Source of the DNA: Acidobacteriota bacterium
GTDB taxonomy: Bacteria > Acidobacteriota > UBA890 > WLXD01
Direction of reading: 5' to 3'
Assembly: GCA_965205505.1 (NCBI GenBank)
Contig: CBDBHB010000009.1
Span: forward strand, 256,001-320,000
Length of the DNA stretch: 64,000 nucleotides
Shown here one piece after another: positions 10,615-22,846 of this stretch. The position numbers and the translations under genes are program-made. The notes under the pieces are model-generated. The model saw only the letters and a list, made by a program, of their open reading frames with translations. It searched no databases and was not told where the DNA came from. How positions within the stretch are numbered: the stretch's first letter is position 1; the number at the start of each line of letters is the position of its first letter.

Positions 10615-11119
10615 ACGCGACAACGATCACGGCAGGTCCCGGTGTGGCGGACAGGCACGGGCCAGGATGACGCGCCCGCCGGCCACCGCGTCGTCGTGGC
10701 GCATGGGCGAGGAGATGCTGGGCTCGGTGAAGGTGAACACGGGCGCCACGATCCTGTTCGAGTTCAATGACGAGATGTGGGAGCTGGTGGAGGAGGTCGA
10801 CCCGCTGGAGGACAAGCTTCTGCGCTCCGGCCGAAGCACCGACGCCGGCTCGTACACCGACAACGGCGAGATGGTGTACCTCACCGAATACGGTACCCCG
10901 ATGTCCAAGCGGCTCACCTGTCCGGCCATCGGTGAGCGCGATCGGCAGCGGTTGCCCCGCATCCTGCCCGACCTCGCCCGGGTCCGCGAGACCGTCGATC
11001 CGTGCCTGGCGCACACGGCGGCGGAGTTCGACGACGAGAACGTCCCCGAGTACTTGCTGCGCGAGGTGGGCGAGGACTTCCTGGAGAACTACGTGGAGCC
11101 GGAGAGTACCGCGCCAGCT

Positions 11120-11406
11120 GGAGCTTGGAGCCGGAGGAGATCTCGAAGGCGTATTTCCTGTCGATTTCCCGATCATGATGGGCTCCTGCGCGTTCCTCAT
11201 GCCGGTGGCGAGCGTGAGCTTCGTGCGCAAGAACAGCTACGCGCTGCGCCCGTCGCTGGGCTTAGTTGCTCGGTGGCGTCCCGGCGGTGCTGGTCGCCGC
11301 CTTCGTGGTCGGCTCGCTACCGCTCACCGCCATCCGCTGGCTGGTGGTCGTGGTGGTGATCTACGTGGCGGTCTCGATGCTCGTCTCGGCGCGTGCCGAG
11401 ATCTAG
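11120..11406 (+). pseudogene. TauE/SafE (TSUP) permease C-terminal fragment
   Basis: FPIMMGSCAFLMPVAS, then after a frameshift GVPAVLVAAFVVGSLPLTAIRWLVVVVVIY. Confidence 0.7.
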
Positions 11407-11410
11407 GAGG

Positions 11411-11760
11411 TCAGCAGCCGTGGCACGCTGAAGCCCCGCGCTCGGGCATGACAGGCAACACCAGATAGGACGGCGTCGGCCTGGAATGGTGGACGATTAT
11501 GTGAGCGACTTGCCAGGTGTCGCTCTCGTAGTTGCTCCCCCCGTGTTCAGGTTCCTGGCGAAGCGTGGGAAGTTGGAGCTTGAGACCTCCAGGCGAATGC
11601 GGTGCCCGGGCCTGAAGTAATTGGCCGTGGCACCGAGGCTCAGCCGTAGCTCGTAGACCTCGTCCGGTTGCAAAGGGACCTGCCGGTCGAACCCTCTCGG
11701 AAGCGCGCCTGTACGATCCCTTCCTGGATGTTGAATAGGTCGCGGCGTCCTCGACGGGGC
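11411..11760 (-). pseudogene. Second CocE/NonD C-terminal fragment
   Basis: ATANYFRPGHRIRLEVSSSNFPRFARNLNTGG...HHSRPTPSYLVLPV. Confidence 0.8.
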
Positions 11761-11895
11761 ACAGCAACCAGTCACAGAGGACTGTGTCTTCCCGGGTGCG
11801 CCACGGTAAACTCCTGATGGTCAGTCCCCGCGCTCGACCTGATCTTTGTAGAATACGCCCCTCCACTCTGAGGACCAACTGAGGAACTCGCGCCG

Positions 11896-12267
11896 ATGAA
11901 GATCGCTTACGTTTTCGCCACATCAGGCCACACAGCCAGCTACAAGCTCGGGCAGATGATCCTTCCGCAGCTGGAGCAGGATGCCCACGGCGTCGATGTC
12001 GTGGGGATGATGTTCTTCGACGACAACACGTATCTGCTGCGGCAGGGCGATCCAATGGGAGAGCGTCTCTCGCGGGTCGCGCGGGAGAATGGGATTCTGC
12101 TTATGATGTGCGACACCTGCGCTGTCGAGCGCGGACTGGCTGCAGGCGAGACTTGGCCCGGCACGTGCGAGCCTCTGGGAACGGTCGAGGGAGTCCGTGT
12201 CGGTTGCTTTCCCGACCTGTACGAATGCCTGGCCGGCAACCCTCCTGACCAGGTGATCACGCTGTAA
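11896..12267 (+). CDS. DsrE-related protein (SaoD-like)
   Basis: MILPQLE..HGVDVVGMMFFDDNT...CDTCA...GCFPDLY...PDQVITL; GAGG RBS upstream. Confidence 0.8.
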   Translation: MKIAYVFATSGHTASYKLGQMILPQLEQDAHGVDVVGMMFFDDNTYLLRQGDPMGERLSRVARENGILLMMCDTCAVERGLAAGETWPGTCEPLGTVEGVRVGCFPDLYECLAGNPPDQVITL

Positions 12268-12716
12268 CCGGTCGCGGAATGCCCTTCGAGGGCCAGCCCG
12301 GGACCATCGCGGGCGCTTCCTCTATCGGAGCCGGCCTCCGCACTCGCGGGACGCTCCCTAGAAAGCGCTGCGGCTGCCCGGTCCACGGCGCGCTCGCGAA
12401 GACACCGAAAGCCCTCGCCTCGTGCTTGCTGCGCAACTCGAACGGATCCGTGACGCTACGGTAGGCCTCGACCGCGCCCGTCCCGAACTCGATGTGCTTC
12501 CAGGCTCAGGCGTCGTCGTCGGTGAAGCCCGGAGTCCCGAAAGTCTCCTGGGTGAGCAGGGCCACAAGGCCCATGCCGCCCCACCGCTGGACGGCTTGAC
12601 CGTTGCGCAAGGCCGTGTAATCGACCTGGTGCAAATCCTGGCCACTGCCGGAGCAGGAGGGCCGGAGGGGCGAGTCGAGCATTAGCCTCCTGGTTCGTAG
12701 TTTGCACCGAGGAACG

Positions 12717-13151
12717 TCACCAGTCGCGCCGCCCACACCCGGAACACGAGAGAGTCGCGTGCCGCCCGGCCACGTAGTTCGTGACCTCTAGGGTGTAGTA
12801 GCTTGCCCCTGTCGAGTTGTTCGTGGGAATCCGGATATCGAAAGTAGCTTGGCCTCTGTCGGGGACTGGACCGTAGCTATCAGCATCCTCAGCAAGCAGC
12901 ACGCCTGCTGCGCTGTAGACTTTCGCCCGAACTTTCGAAAGAGGGTTAATCGTCCTTCTCGACGTATTCTGCACCGTCCCACCGATGAAGTCGAGCACGA
13001 AGCTCGACACCCTGGTGATGTCGAACACCTTGACCTCGGTGCCATCGGTGCTGGGGGCGGTGCTCGGGGTGGAGCGGCAGGAGACGCAGTACAGGATGGC
13101 TGCGGTGACACTTACGCGGATCGCCGACCGCCTAATCAGCAGTTGCCGGGC
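12717..13151 (-). pseudogene. Putative lipoprotein (FxLYD-like Ig fold), 5' end removed by IS
   Basis: The frame stays open upstream of 13028 through VSVTAAILYCVSC (lipobox-like) to the IS end; GTVQNTS..KVYSAAGVLL. Confidence 0.5.
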
Positions 13152-14364
13152 TGACCTGACCCCGCGGTTAGTACCACGTCTTATCTCAGTAACACGGTGC
13201 CGACAAGGGGTTGTTGAAGCCGGCGGAGCGTAGCGGAGCCGGGTTCAACAACAGCGCCTTAGGGGCCGGTGGTCAATAGCCCAGCGAGCTGTGCGGTCGA
13301 ACTCGGTTGTACTGCTGCCGCCACCTCTCGATCAGAACCCGTGCCTGCTTGAGCGTGTAGAAGATCTCCCGGTCCAGCAGTTCGTCGCGGAGCTTGCCGT
13401 TGAAGCTCTCCACGTAACCGTTGTCCCACGGCGAGCCCGGCTCGATCAACAGCGTGCCCACGCCGAGTCGGCCCAGCCAGTCGCGAACGGCCGCGGCAGT
13501 GAACTCAGGTCCGTTATCCGACCTGATGTGATCGGGTATTGCCCGGTGCACGAACAGCCACCCGAGCCGCTCGAGCACTTGCTCGGAGTTGAGCTTGCGC
13601 GCCACGTCGATCGCCAGGCTCTCGCGGGTGTACTCGTCCACGATCGTCAACATCCTCATGGACCGGCCATCGTGCGTCCGGTCATGGATGAAGTCATACG
13701 CCCACACGTGGTTCTTGCGCTCCGGTCGCAGCCGGATACACGAGCCATCGTTGAACCAGAGCCGGGCTCGTTTGGGCTGCCTCTTCGGCACTTTCAGGCC
13801 TTCGCTACGCCAGATCCGCTGCACTCGTTTGTGGTTCACGAGCCAGCCCTCCATGCGCATCAACGCCGTCACCCTCCGGTACCCATAACGTCCATACTCC
13901 CGAGCTAACTCCACGATCCTGTCCCTCACCAGTTGCTCGTCGTCCGCCGGCCTCGGCACGTATCGCGGTGTCGTCCTGGGCTGCCTGAGCACCCGGCAGG
14001 ATCGTCTTTCGGTTACGCCCAGCTGCCGTCGTACGTGAGCTACCGCCTCGCGCCGACGTGCTGGGCTCAGAAGTTTCCCTCCGCGACCTCCTTGAGGATC
14101 GCCAGGTCGAGCTCCTTGTCCGCCACCAGCTTCTTGAGCCGGGAGTTGTCCTTCTCGAGCTGTTTGAGCTTCCGCGCCTGGTTCAGCTTCAGCCCGCCGT
14201 ACTCGCGCCGCCACCGGTAGTAGGTGTGCTCGGTTATCGCTAGCTTGCGACAGGCATCCTTGACCGTCGCGCCTCGCGCCAGCTCCACTTAACCCTCCCG
14301 GAGCTTGCGCACGATCTGCTCGGCGCTGTGCCTCTTGACCGGCATTCTGACCTCCCTTTCTGGT
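13152..14364 (-). mobile_element. IS3-family (IS407 group), degenerate
   Basis: End TGACCTGACCCCGCGGTTAGTACCA. orfA 14067-14345 has TAA at 14289; orfB has [23 protein letters not shown]. The other end is replaced by the next IS. Confidence 0.9.
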
Positions 14365-14966
14365 TGACCCAAACCCCGAAAACGGTGCCAGGTTGATGTT
14401 TAGGAAATCGGTGTACCGTCGTCCTCCAAGCAGGAGGACAGATGAAGCGGAAGAGGTACACGGACGAGCAGATCGCCTACGCGCTGCGGCAGGCTGAGGC
14501 GGGCACGCCGATCAAGGAGGTGTGTCGCAAGCTGGGCGTCAGCGAGCAGACGTTCTACACGTGGCGCCGCAAGTTCGCCGGGATGGGCGTGGCCGAACTT
14601 CGGGAGCTACGACAACTCCGCCATGAGAACCGGAAGTTGAAGCAGCTGGTGGCAGATCTGAGCTTGGACAAGCACATGCTCCAGGAGGTGCTGTCAAAAA
14701 AGGTGTGAAGCCGGCGCGCAAGCGCGAGGTGGTGCGGTACCTGCAGGACGGGTTCCGTGTCAGTGAGCGTCGAGCGTGTCGGCTGATCGAGTTGTCGCGC
14801 ACCAGCCATCGGTATCAGAGCACAAGGACGGACGACCCCGTGCTGCGGCGTCGTCTTGGCGAGCTCGCCGCGGCGCGTCCGCGGTTCGGGTATCGGAGGT
14901 TGTGCGTGTTGCTACGCCGCGAGGGATGGGTAGTGAACCAGAAGCGCGTGTATCGGATCTATCGAA
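14365..14966 (+). mobile_element. IS407-group element, 3'-truncated (orfA 14442-14708, partial orfB)
   Basis: End TGACCCAAACCCCGAAAACGGTGCCA; MKRKRYTDEQIAYAL; A6G slippery site; orfB ends after KRVYRIYR. Confidence 0.88.
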
Positions 14967-15114
14967 TAGTCCCTCAAGCTAGTCTCTTAGAAAACGCTGA
15001 TCTTCACTGGGTCCGATCCCGAAGAACTCGCCAGGCCTCGTTCACGCCCTAGCCCACTGCACGCTGGACGGCCTACGCTCGACGTGCCGAGGACGCCGAG
15101 CGCGACCGCGTGAA

Positions 15115-15262
15115 TATTGTACGGCCTTCCATCCGCAGCAAGGCCGTGACCCTCCGGTATCCGTATCGGCCGTATTGCTGCGCCAACTGGATGATCCTGT
15201 CGGTAAGGACGTGCTCGTCGGTTAGCGGTTTCGGCACATACCGCTGCGTCGTGTGCGGCTGC
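15115..15262 (-). pseudogene. IS407 orfB internal fragment
   Basis: [38 protein letters not shown]. Confidence 0.8.
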
Positions 15263-15409
15263 GCATCAGCATCCGGAAGTTTCGGAGAGGAGCGCTAAGC
15301 TAGCAGACACATGGCTGGATGCAACGATGGAGATTGCGCGGCCCTGGTATACACGGCTCTCACGTTCTGATTCCCGCCGATCCTGGTTCGCTGAGCCGGT
15401 CTATCTCGG

Positions 15410-15590
15410 CTAACTGCGACGCTGTGCCCCTCGTGGGATCTCACCCGCACGGTTCTCTTGGGCAGCTCGCCTTGAGTTGAGTTCCAGCCGCCGCGCCAGC
15501 ACCTCATCGCGGACTCCGTCAGGCCAGCGGTAGCGAGAGAGTTTCTTCTTGCGGCCCCACTCTTCCTCGTCGATCTCGTAATCGCTACCG
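15410..15590 (-). pseudogene. C-terminus of a large N6-adenine methyltransferase (Eco57I/MmeI-like R-M protein)
   Basis: DYEIDEEEWGRKKK..RYRWPDGVRDEVLARRLELNSRRAAQE. Confidence 0.65.
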
Positions 15591-15731
15591 AGGCAACTCC
15601 AGTCGACCATCTGCACTTCCTCCGCTAGCATCGCGACGCCATGCTCGCCGAGTTGAAAGCCTCTGTCCGCGAGTAGCGCGAGTTTGTTCAGGCTGCGGCG
15701 CTGGCGGAGCGCCCGCTAGGGCACCGCCACG

Positions 15732-16676
15732 TTGCCCATAGTCGAGGTCGGGGAAGGGGGGAAGGTGAGCATACAAGACGTCTTGGTCAATACCTCAAGC
15801 TTCGATACTGACTTGATGATTCGGTTTCCGTCGCCGATGAGCAGGATCAGCCTTGGGCATGACGTGTATGTCGATTTTCTTGAGAGTGATATCTTCGGAT
15901 GCGTGGTAACCGCGTGTGATCCGCCTGGGTACAAATACGATCTCGTCGGAACTCGGGGGCAGGTATATAGCTTTATTCGTGAGAACCCGCCAGAAAACAC
16001 GCAATGGGATCCGGACGGGCGGCTTCAGGAAGTTGTGGCATTGTCTCGGCTGATTGTCCCCAGCCCGGTGGGATTGAGGTACGGTGCCAGAGTACATTAG
16101 GCCGCCTCGGGGGAAATTGAGAGGGTCGTTCCCGCTGATATCCACGGCCTGGGCGACGCAGCGTTCGTAGCCGACCCGAGGAGTCGCACTTGGTTGACGG
16201 CTGATGAGTTCGGTGAACTGCGCTGTCTTTTTCGGCTCTTTCGGCAGAGGAAACTACCGCTTCGAGTAACGCGCGCGATGTTCTACCTGGAGTACGCGTT
16301 CCGCATATTCGAGATCGATGTTCGCTGGGTGCTCGTCGTCACCGGACTGGAGGCGCTGGTGCACACAGATCAACATGCCTCAGGCAGGCAGTTCGTACAG
16401 CGGACCGCCGCCCTAGCCTCGGAAGCAGGGGTAACAATCTACGACGAGAATGTCGCCCGTAGCTGCTGGGACCAGAGATGCGAGGGTGTTCATGGTGGTC
16501 CGTTTCTTAGCGCGGACGCAACACTTTCGCCAGAGAACAGTGTCCTCGCCGACTACAAGAGTATGGAGTCCGTTCTTCGATTGAGCGTGCGGCGGGCAAT
16601 CGAGGACTCTGAGCTACACGCAATCTTCAGTGACTATGAGGCTATTCGAAGGCGGTGGCCGGTCAAAGGCTGTTGA
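15732..16676 (+). pseudogene. HEPN-domain (ApeA-like) protein with in-frame TAG at 16098-16100
   Basis: ORFs 15732 and 16194 share a frame with an open linker. The C-terminus has GLEALV and RCEGVHG (R-x4-H). Confidence 0.6.
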
Positions 16677-16707
16677 GCGCCGCACCTGCATCACCGCTCG
16701 CATCGCC

Positions 16708-17199
16708 CTACCGATGCGGCGCTCGCCAGATCACGTCGCCGTCCTCGTCGTAGAGAACCACCGCGGCCCGATAGCGCGTTTCGGCCCCCGTTGATGGTGT
16801 TACTAGCTCGACCGCACCGAGCTCAGCCCTCGTCTGCCCGTTCTCGTCGTAGTATCGGATGCCGTCGTGGGTAATGCTGACCCGCAGGTCCGAACGGTAG
16901 ATCTCCGTGAGCACCGCGCGTAATTCTTCACCGGTCATGGTTTCCAAGTTCTCGACTAGCTGCTGCGGCAGCGGTTTCACGTGTTCGTCGTAGTAGGTGA
17001 TCCCTCCTGCATTCATGCTGGCTCGCTCGGCGCCGCCCTCGTCGATCACCGCGAACGCCCGAGCCTGAATCACCTGCGGGATCTCTTGCGGCATCGCACC
17101 GAGCAGCGTGACCGCCAGCAGCGCGCCGACCACAGCGCCGGCCGAGAGCTTCAGCCTCCGAACGTCGCGCTCGAGCTTCTCTACCCTGGCATCATGCAT
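16708..17199 (-). CDS. Hypothetical membrane-anchored protein
   Basis: RVEKLERDVRRLK coiled coil, a TM helix, then ARAFAVIDEGG. Confidence 0.65.
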   Translation of the reverse strand: MHDARVEKLERDVRRLKLSAGAVVGALLAVTLLGAMPQEIPQVIQARAFAVIDEGGAERASMNAGGITYYDEHVKPLPQQLVENLETMTGEELRAVLTEIYRSDLRVSITHDGIRYYDENGQTRAELGAVELVTPSTGAETRYRAAVVLYDEDGDVIWRAPHR

Positions 17200-17289
17200 G
17201 CCTCGATCCGACACGTGGTTGCGGGCATTGCGCCCCAGAGACAGGAACCTCAATCAATCTGGTCCTGGAGGCGGGGAAGCGACTGAACC

Positions 17290-18159
17290 GTGACAATTGA
17301 TTTGTCGGACGGCTTCCCTTACTTGCTACTCTGGGTGGCACTGGGAATGGCGATGTTCCAGGGTGGTCGTTGGGGGTGGCCGATCTTCGCAGGTCTTTCC
17401 CTCGTCGCCGCGATCGTCGCTGGCATTGTCGAATGGGCAGGGCTAGTGGTGATCGCCCTGTTCACGGGGGGGTGCCTCGCGGCCGTGCGACCGACGCTTC
17501 CCACCGCCGTGCGCACATTGGCATGGAACGTAGTTGTGATCTGTGCCATCGCTCTAGCCGCCCATCAAGTGCCGTGGATCCATAACGTTCTCCTCTTCGA
17601 TGCCGTGGCTGTATCACCCTCGGCAGAGCATTACACGCTGTACTGGAACTACGACAAAGCATTGGTTGGCGTGTTGCTCTACTCGGTGTGTGTGCAGCCG
17701 CAGCGAAGGACGGAATGGAATAGCGCGATCGTTGCCACCGCGGCGACCGCTGTCCTCACCCTTGTCTTGGTCGGCGTGTCTGCCCTGGCGATGGAGTTCG
17801 TAGCTTGGGACCCGAAATGGCCAGCTATCCTAGCCATGTGGGTGCCGGCCAATCTGTTAGTGACATGCCTCGCCGAGGAGACGTTTTTCCGCGGGCTCTT
17901 GCAGCGCCATCTAGCGGAAGCTTTGTTCAATAGGGTTCCGTACGCAGGTCTCGTGGCACTGCTCGTCGCCGCGGCCGCATTTGGCGCGGCACACATCGCT
18001 GGCGGCGTTGCGTATGCCACGCTAGCCACACTCGCCGGCATAGGCTACGGCGCCGCCTACCACCTCACCCAGCGTGTCGAAGCGAGCATCTTGGTCCACT
18101 TCACCCTTAACTCGGTGCACTTGATGTTGTTTAGCTACCCGTTCGTTGCATTGGGCTGA
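17290..18159 (+). CDS. CPBP (CAAX/Abi) intramembrane metalloprotease
   Basis: AEETFFRG, FGAAH, HFTLN; multiple TM helices. Confidence 0.92.
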   Translation: MTIDLSDGFPYLLLWVALGMAMFQGGRWGWPIFAGLSLVAAIVAGIVEWAGLVVIALFTGGCLAAVRPTLPTAVRTLAWNVVVICAIALAAHQVPWIHNVLLFDAVAVSPSAEHYTLYWNYDKALVGVLLYSVCVQPQRRTEWNSAIVATAATAVLTLVLVGVSALAMEFVAWDPKWPAILAMWVPANLLVTCLAEETFFRGLLQRHLAEALFNRVPYAGLVALLVAAAAFGAAHIAGGVAYATLATLAGIGYGAAYHLTQRVEASILVHFTLNSVHLMLFSYPFVALG

Positions 18160-18171
18160 AGGCCGGGCCGC

Positions 18172-18400
18172 TCAGGCGTCGGCGCGCCAGGCAAAGCGCG
18201 TGTAGTCGACCTCCGCGGTGTTGAACCAATGGTCGGAGATCTCCTTGTCCTGTTTCCACTGCTCGTAGATCTTCCGGTACCCGGCGTCGGCCGCCGCCTG
18301 CTGCTCGAACAGGTCGAACGATGCCTCGCGCGCCGCGCTCCAGCGCCTGGTAAATCTCGCCGCCAGCGAGCACCTGCACCGCCACGCCCAGGCGGCAACA
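18172..18400 (-). pseudogene. TRAP solute-binding protein (DctP/TakP) fragment with internal deletion
   Basis: VLAGGEIYQALERG joined to REASFDLFEQQAAADAGYRKIYEQW. Confidence 0.7.
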
Positions 18401-18464
18401 TCCACGGCGGTCATCCAGTTCTGTCCGGCCAAAGCGGGCGGGGCGGGTCATGGCTTGCATAGGG

Positions 18465-18503
18465 AGCCCCTCGCTTTAAGGTTCCGGGCGAGGGGCTTTT
18501 CTT
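18465..18503 (+). terminator. Intrinsic terminator
   Basis: AGCCCCTCGC-13 nt-GCGAGGGGCT followed by TTTCTT. Confidence 0.65.
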
Positions 18504-18819
18504 ATGGCCTTACGGCAAAAGGAAAGCAAGGGAGACGCGCCGACGCGGCTCTCCTTATCGACGCGGCTCCCCGATGCTCCACCTTGACGGTCCGGTGCCC
18601 TTGAAACCGTCAAGAGGAGCGAACCTCACGGAATGGACGCGACGATCAGGATGATAACCAGATCGTTTCGCAGGGCCGGGTCGTCGACCTGGTAAAGCTT
18701 CTGGCCGCTGCGTCGGCACGGGAGCTTTCGATTGCGGCGCCATCGCGGAACCAGAAGCAGCTTTCGTACTAGCTGGCGCTCCACGCTGGGGCGCTAACCT
18801 TACGTGGCAGCCAGAAAGC

Positions 18820-19110
18820 TCACCGCTTGGCCGCACTCTCTAGTAGATCCCGAAGCTCACCCGCCGTCTTGATGACGCGATCCGTGCGGTAGAGGTCTGG
18901 ATGCTTTTGGTCGGCGGCATAGCGTGTCGGCTCGTGGGTCGTGGCGTTTACCACCCACGACTTACGCGGTGAGCGGTCGCCTAGCGCACGTCCCACATTC
19001 ACCGGATGCATTCCGATGACTTCACCGACCGCCCCATACGTTGCGCGGACGCGCTTCCGGATTAGGCACTCCAGAATTCGATCCAACAGGAGTTGCGCCG
19101 TTAACTTGAG
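18820..19110 (-). CDS. Small hypothetical protein with an MGMT/ATL-like HTH pattern (start uncertain)
   Basis: RATYGAVGEVIGMHPVNVGRAL...SWVVN. Confidence 0.5.
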   Translation of the reverse strand, partial: LKLTAQLLLDRILECLIRKRVRATYGAVGEVIGMHPVNVGRALGDRSPRKSWVVNATTHEPTRYAADQKHPDLYRTDRVIKTAGELRDLLESAAKR

Positions 19111-19385
19111 TGCACACCTGTACGCGGGCGCACCGCCTATCCGACCGGAGCCCGAAGAATTAGGGATATGGGTCAGCACGGATTGAGTCGCTGTGAAGCG
19201 TCGCTGAGAACACGGCCATCAACAGACCGGTGCGCTCTTCGCGTGTCGACTCGCGCAGGCCAAGTACGCCGCCAGTTCGGAGTCGTCCCTGCCCCGCGCC
19301 CGGCGCTCGAACAGGGCCCGGGCGCTGTTGGACCGGCCCAGCCGTTGGCCGAGGCCTGCGACATGCGGTGGTCCGCGACATCCCT

Positions 19386-19400
19386 TTACGGAAATCGTAA
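19386..19400. promoter_or_regulatory. Probable HigA operator
   Basis: Palindrome TTACG-N5-CGTAA, ending 21 bp upstream of the higB start. Confidence 0.55.
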
Positions 19401-19421
19401 CAGGGCGTAGGATCGGAGTAC

Positions 19422-19700
19422 ATGATACGAGGCTTCAAGGACCGGAGAACGCGGCGTTTCTTCGAGGGGCGGCGCGTCGCGGCGTTCCATAGCTTCTCGG
19501 ATCAGGCGGTGCGCCGACTGACCCTGCTGGACAGCGCGGAAACGCTCGGCGACCTGGCCGCGCTGCCGAGCAACCGGCTGGAGGCCCTGCGAGGCGACCG
19601 CGCCGGGGAGCACAGCATCCGGATCAACGCGCAGTGGCGTATCTGCTTCCGTTGGACCGACGACGGGCCGTGCGAGGTCGAGATAGTGGATTATCATTGA
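19422..19700 (+). CDS. higB: HigB (RelE/ParE-family) toxin
   Basis: PSNRLEALRGDRAGEHSIRINAQWRICFRW...EIVDYH. Confidence 0.95.
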   Translation: MIRGFKDRRTRRFFEGRRVAAFHSFSDQAVRRLTLLDSAETLGDLAALPSNRLEALRGDRAGEHSIRINAQWRICFRWTDDGPCEVEIVDYH

Positions 19701-19712
19701 GAGGCATGTGAC

Positions 19713-20018
19713 ATGAATGTGAGGAACGGCATGAGATCGGTGCACCCGGGCGAAATCCTGCGCGAGGAACTCGACGAACTCGGGCTGTCGGCCAACGCGC
19801 TGTCCAAGGCGCTCGGCGTGCCGGTCAACCGGGTGACGATGATCCTGAACGGCCAGCGGGGCGTGAGCGCAGACACGGCGCTCCGGTTGGCCCGGTATTT
19901 CGGGACGACGCCGCAGCTTTGGTTGAATCTTCAGAAGACCTGGGAGCTTCGGCGAGCGGAGATCGAGGCGGGTCGGGAGATCACCAAGCAGGTCACGCCC
20001 CGGCATGCGGTGGTGTAG
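19713..20018 (+). CDS. higA: HigA antitoxin
   Basis: HPGEILREE...ADTALRLARYFGTTPQLWLNLQ. Confidence 0.95.
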   Translation: MNVRNGMRSVHPGEILREELDELGLSANALSKALGVPVNRVTMILNGQRGVSADTALRLARYFGTTPQLWLNLQKTWELRRAEIEAGREITKQVTPRHAVV

Positions 20019-20493
20019 CGGAGGCGTGACGAATCCCCGTCCCCGCGCCGCTGGCGCTCACGGGGGCGAGACGATGGCTCCGCCACGCCGGATCAGCATG
20101 GACGCCGATGGCTGTCGCTGGATGCGGGTGCGGTGTTGGGGCAACTCACGAGTTACGACCGGATCTTCCGGTCCCGGGCGGCGAAACGAGACTCCGGAGG
20201 CGCGGTTTGCGAGTCCGGCAGGCCAGCCAAGCACTATCGATCGGCAGTCACTGCCTCGCCCGGATCTCGCTCAAGCGTGGCCAGCCAAGCCTTGGTTCCA
20301 GGCTATGCGCCACTTGCCGATGATCTCGATTGTCGCTCCCCTGATGTCGGGTGACCCTGGCGGAGAGGCAAGGGTAACTCCGCGTGGCGGCTCTCGGGTG
20401 ATCTACGGCGGCTGGCTGTGCTCGGCCATGAAGTAGCGCAGGGAACGAGGGTCGGGTACTGGACGGCACTGCAGCGCACCGTTCAATATCGGC

Positions 20494-20560
20494 CCGGTCC
20501 AGGCTTCCCGCTGCCGAGAAATGGACACCGAATCGCACGCCGCGCTTCGGTCGCTCACGC
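20494..20560 (+). repeat. About 67-bp dispersed repeat (inverted copy at 33951-34019)
   Basis: Both copies share TGGACACCGAATCGCACGCCGCGCTTCGGTCGCTCAC. Confidence 0.85.
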
Positions 20561-20663
20561 TTCAACCGCCCGAGCTGCTCCCGCATCTCGGTAAGCCAGT
20601 GAGGCGTCGGTCAAGTTCGCTTCGGCCCCAAGGCACGCGACTACCGCGCCCCCGTGATCGTAT

Positions 20664-20738
20664 TTCCCTGTTCCGGCGCACGGATTTCCCTGTTCGGCCG
20701 CAGAAATTCCCTGTTCGATGCCAGCAAATTCCCTGTTC
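20664..20738 (+). repeat. Four phased TTCCCTGTTC direct repeats (spacing 22/21/22 bp)
   Basis: Starts at 20664, 20686, 20707 and 20729; inverted part-copies near 20747 and 20848. Confidence 0.9.
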
Positions 20739-21106
20739 CGGAGCGTAGGGAATTCGGACCCTAAGCCCCATTATATCAGTGGCTTAGGAGCCCTCGATCC
20801 GGCCGATTTGGGGCCAAATCGATAAAAGTCCCTGTTTTTCCCCGTTTAACAGGGAAATCGGGCAGAGACAGGTTCGCTCCAGACTGCGTGCACCGCCTAC
20901 CACTTGAGCCATTGAGATTACTGCGGGAGTTATCAAGACCGCCGCCTATATCCCTTTTATTCTCAGGACTTTAGCGTCACTCGATGCTGCCCCTGAAGCC
21001 AACAGAGACACCACGGTGCGCTCCGGCGCCAGCTTGCGGCGCCGATGTCTCTCGAGCCCCTTGCGGTGGTACGGGTTTTTGGCCGTTGACGGTGCCCATT
21101 CAAAGA

Positions 21107-22842
<1,736 letters not shown>

Positions 22843-22846
<4 letters not shown>

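Noticed and set aside
10667-11110. Named product for the acidic ORF MGEEMLGSVKVNTG...
   Set aside because: It looks coding, but I recognise no motif and both ends appear broken. Left unannotated.
20664-20738. CRISPR array
   Set aside because: Repeats of 10 bp with 11-12 bp spacers are far too short, and there are no cas genes in the window.
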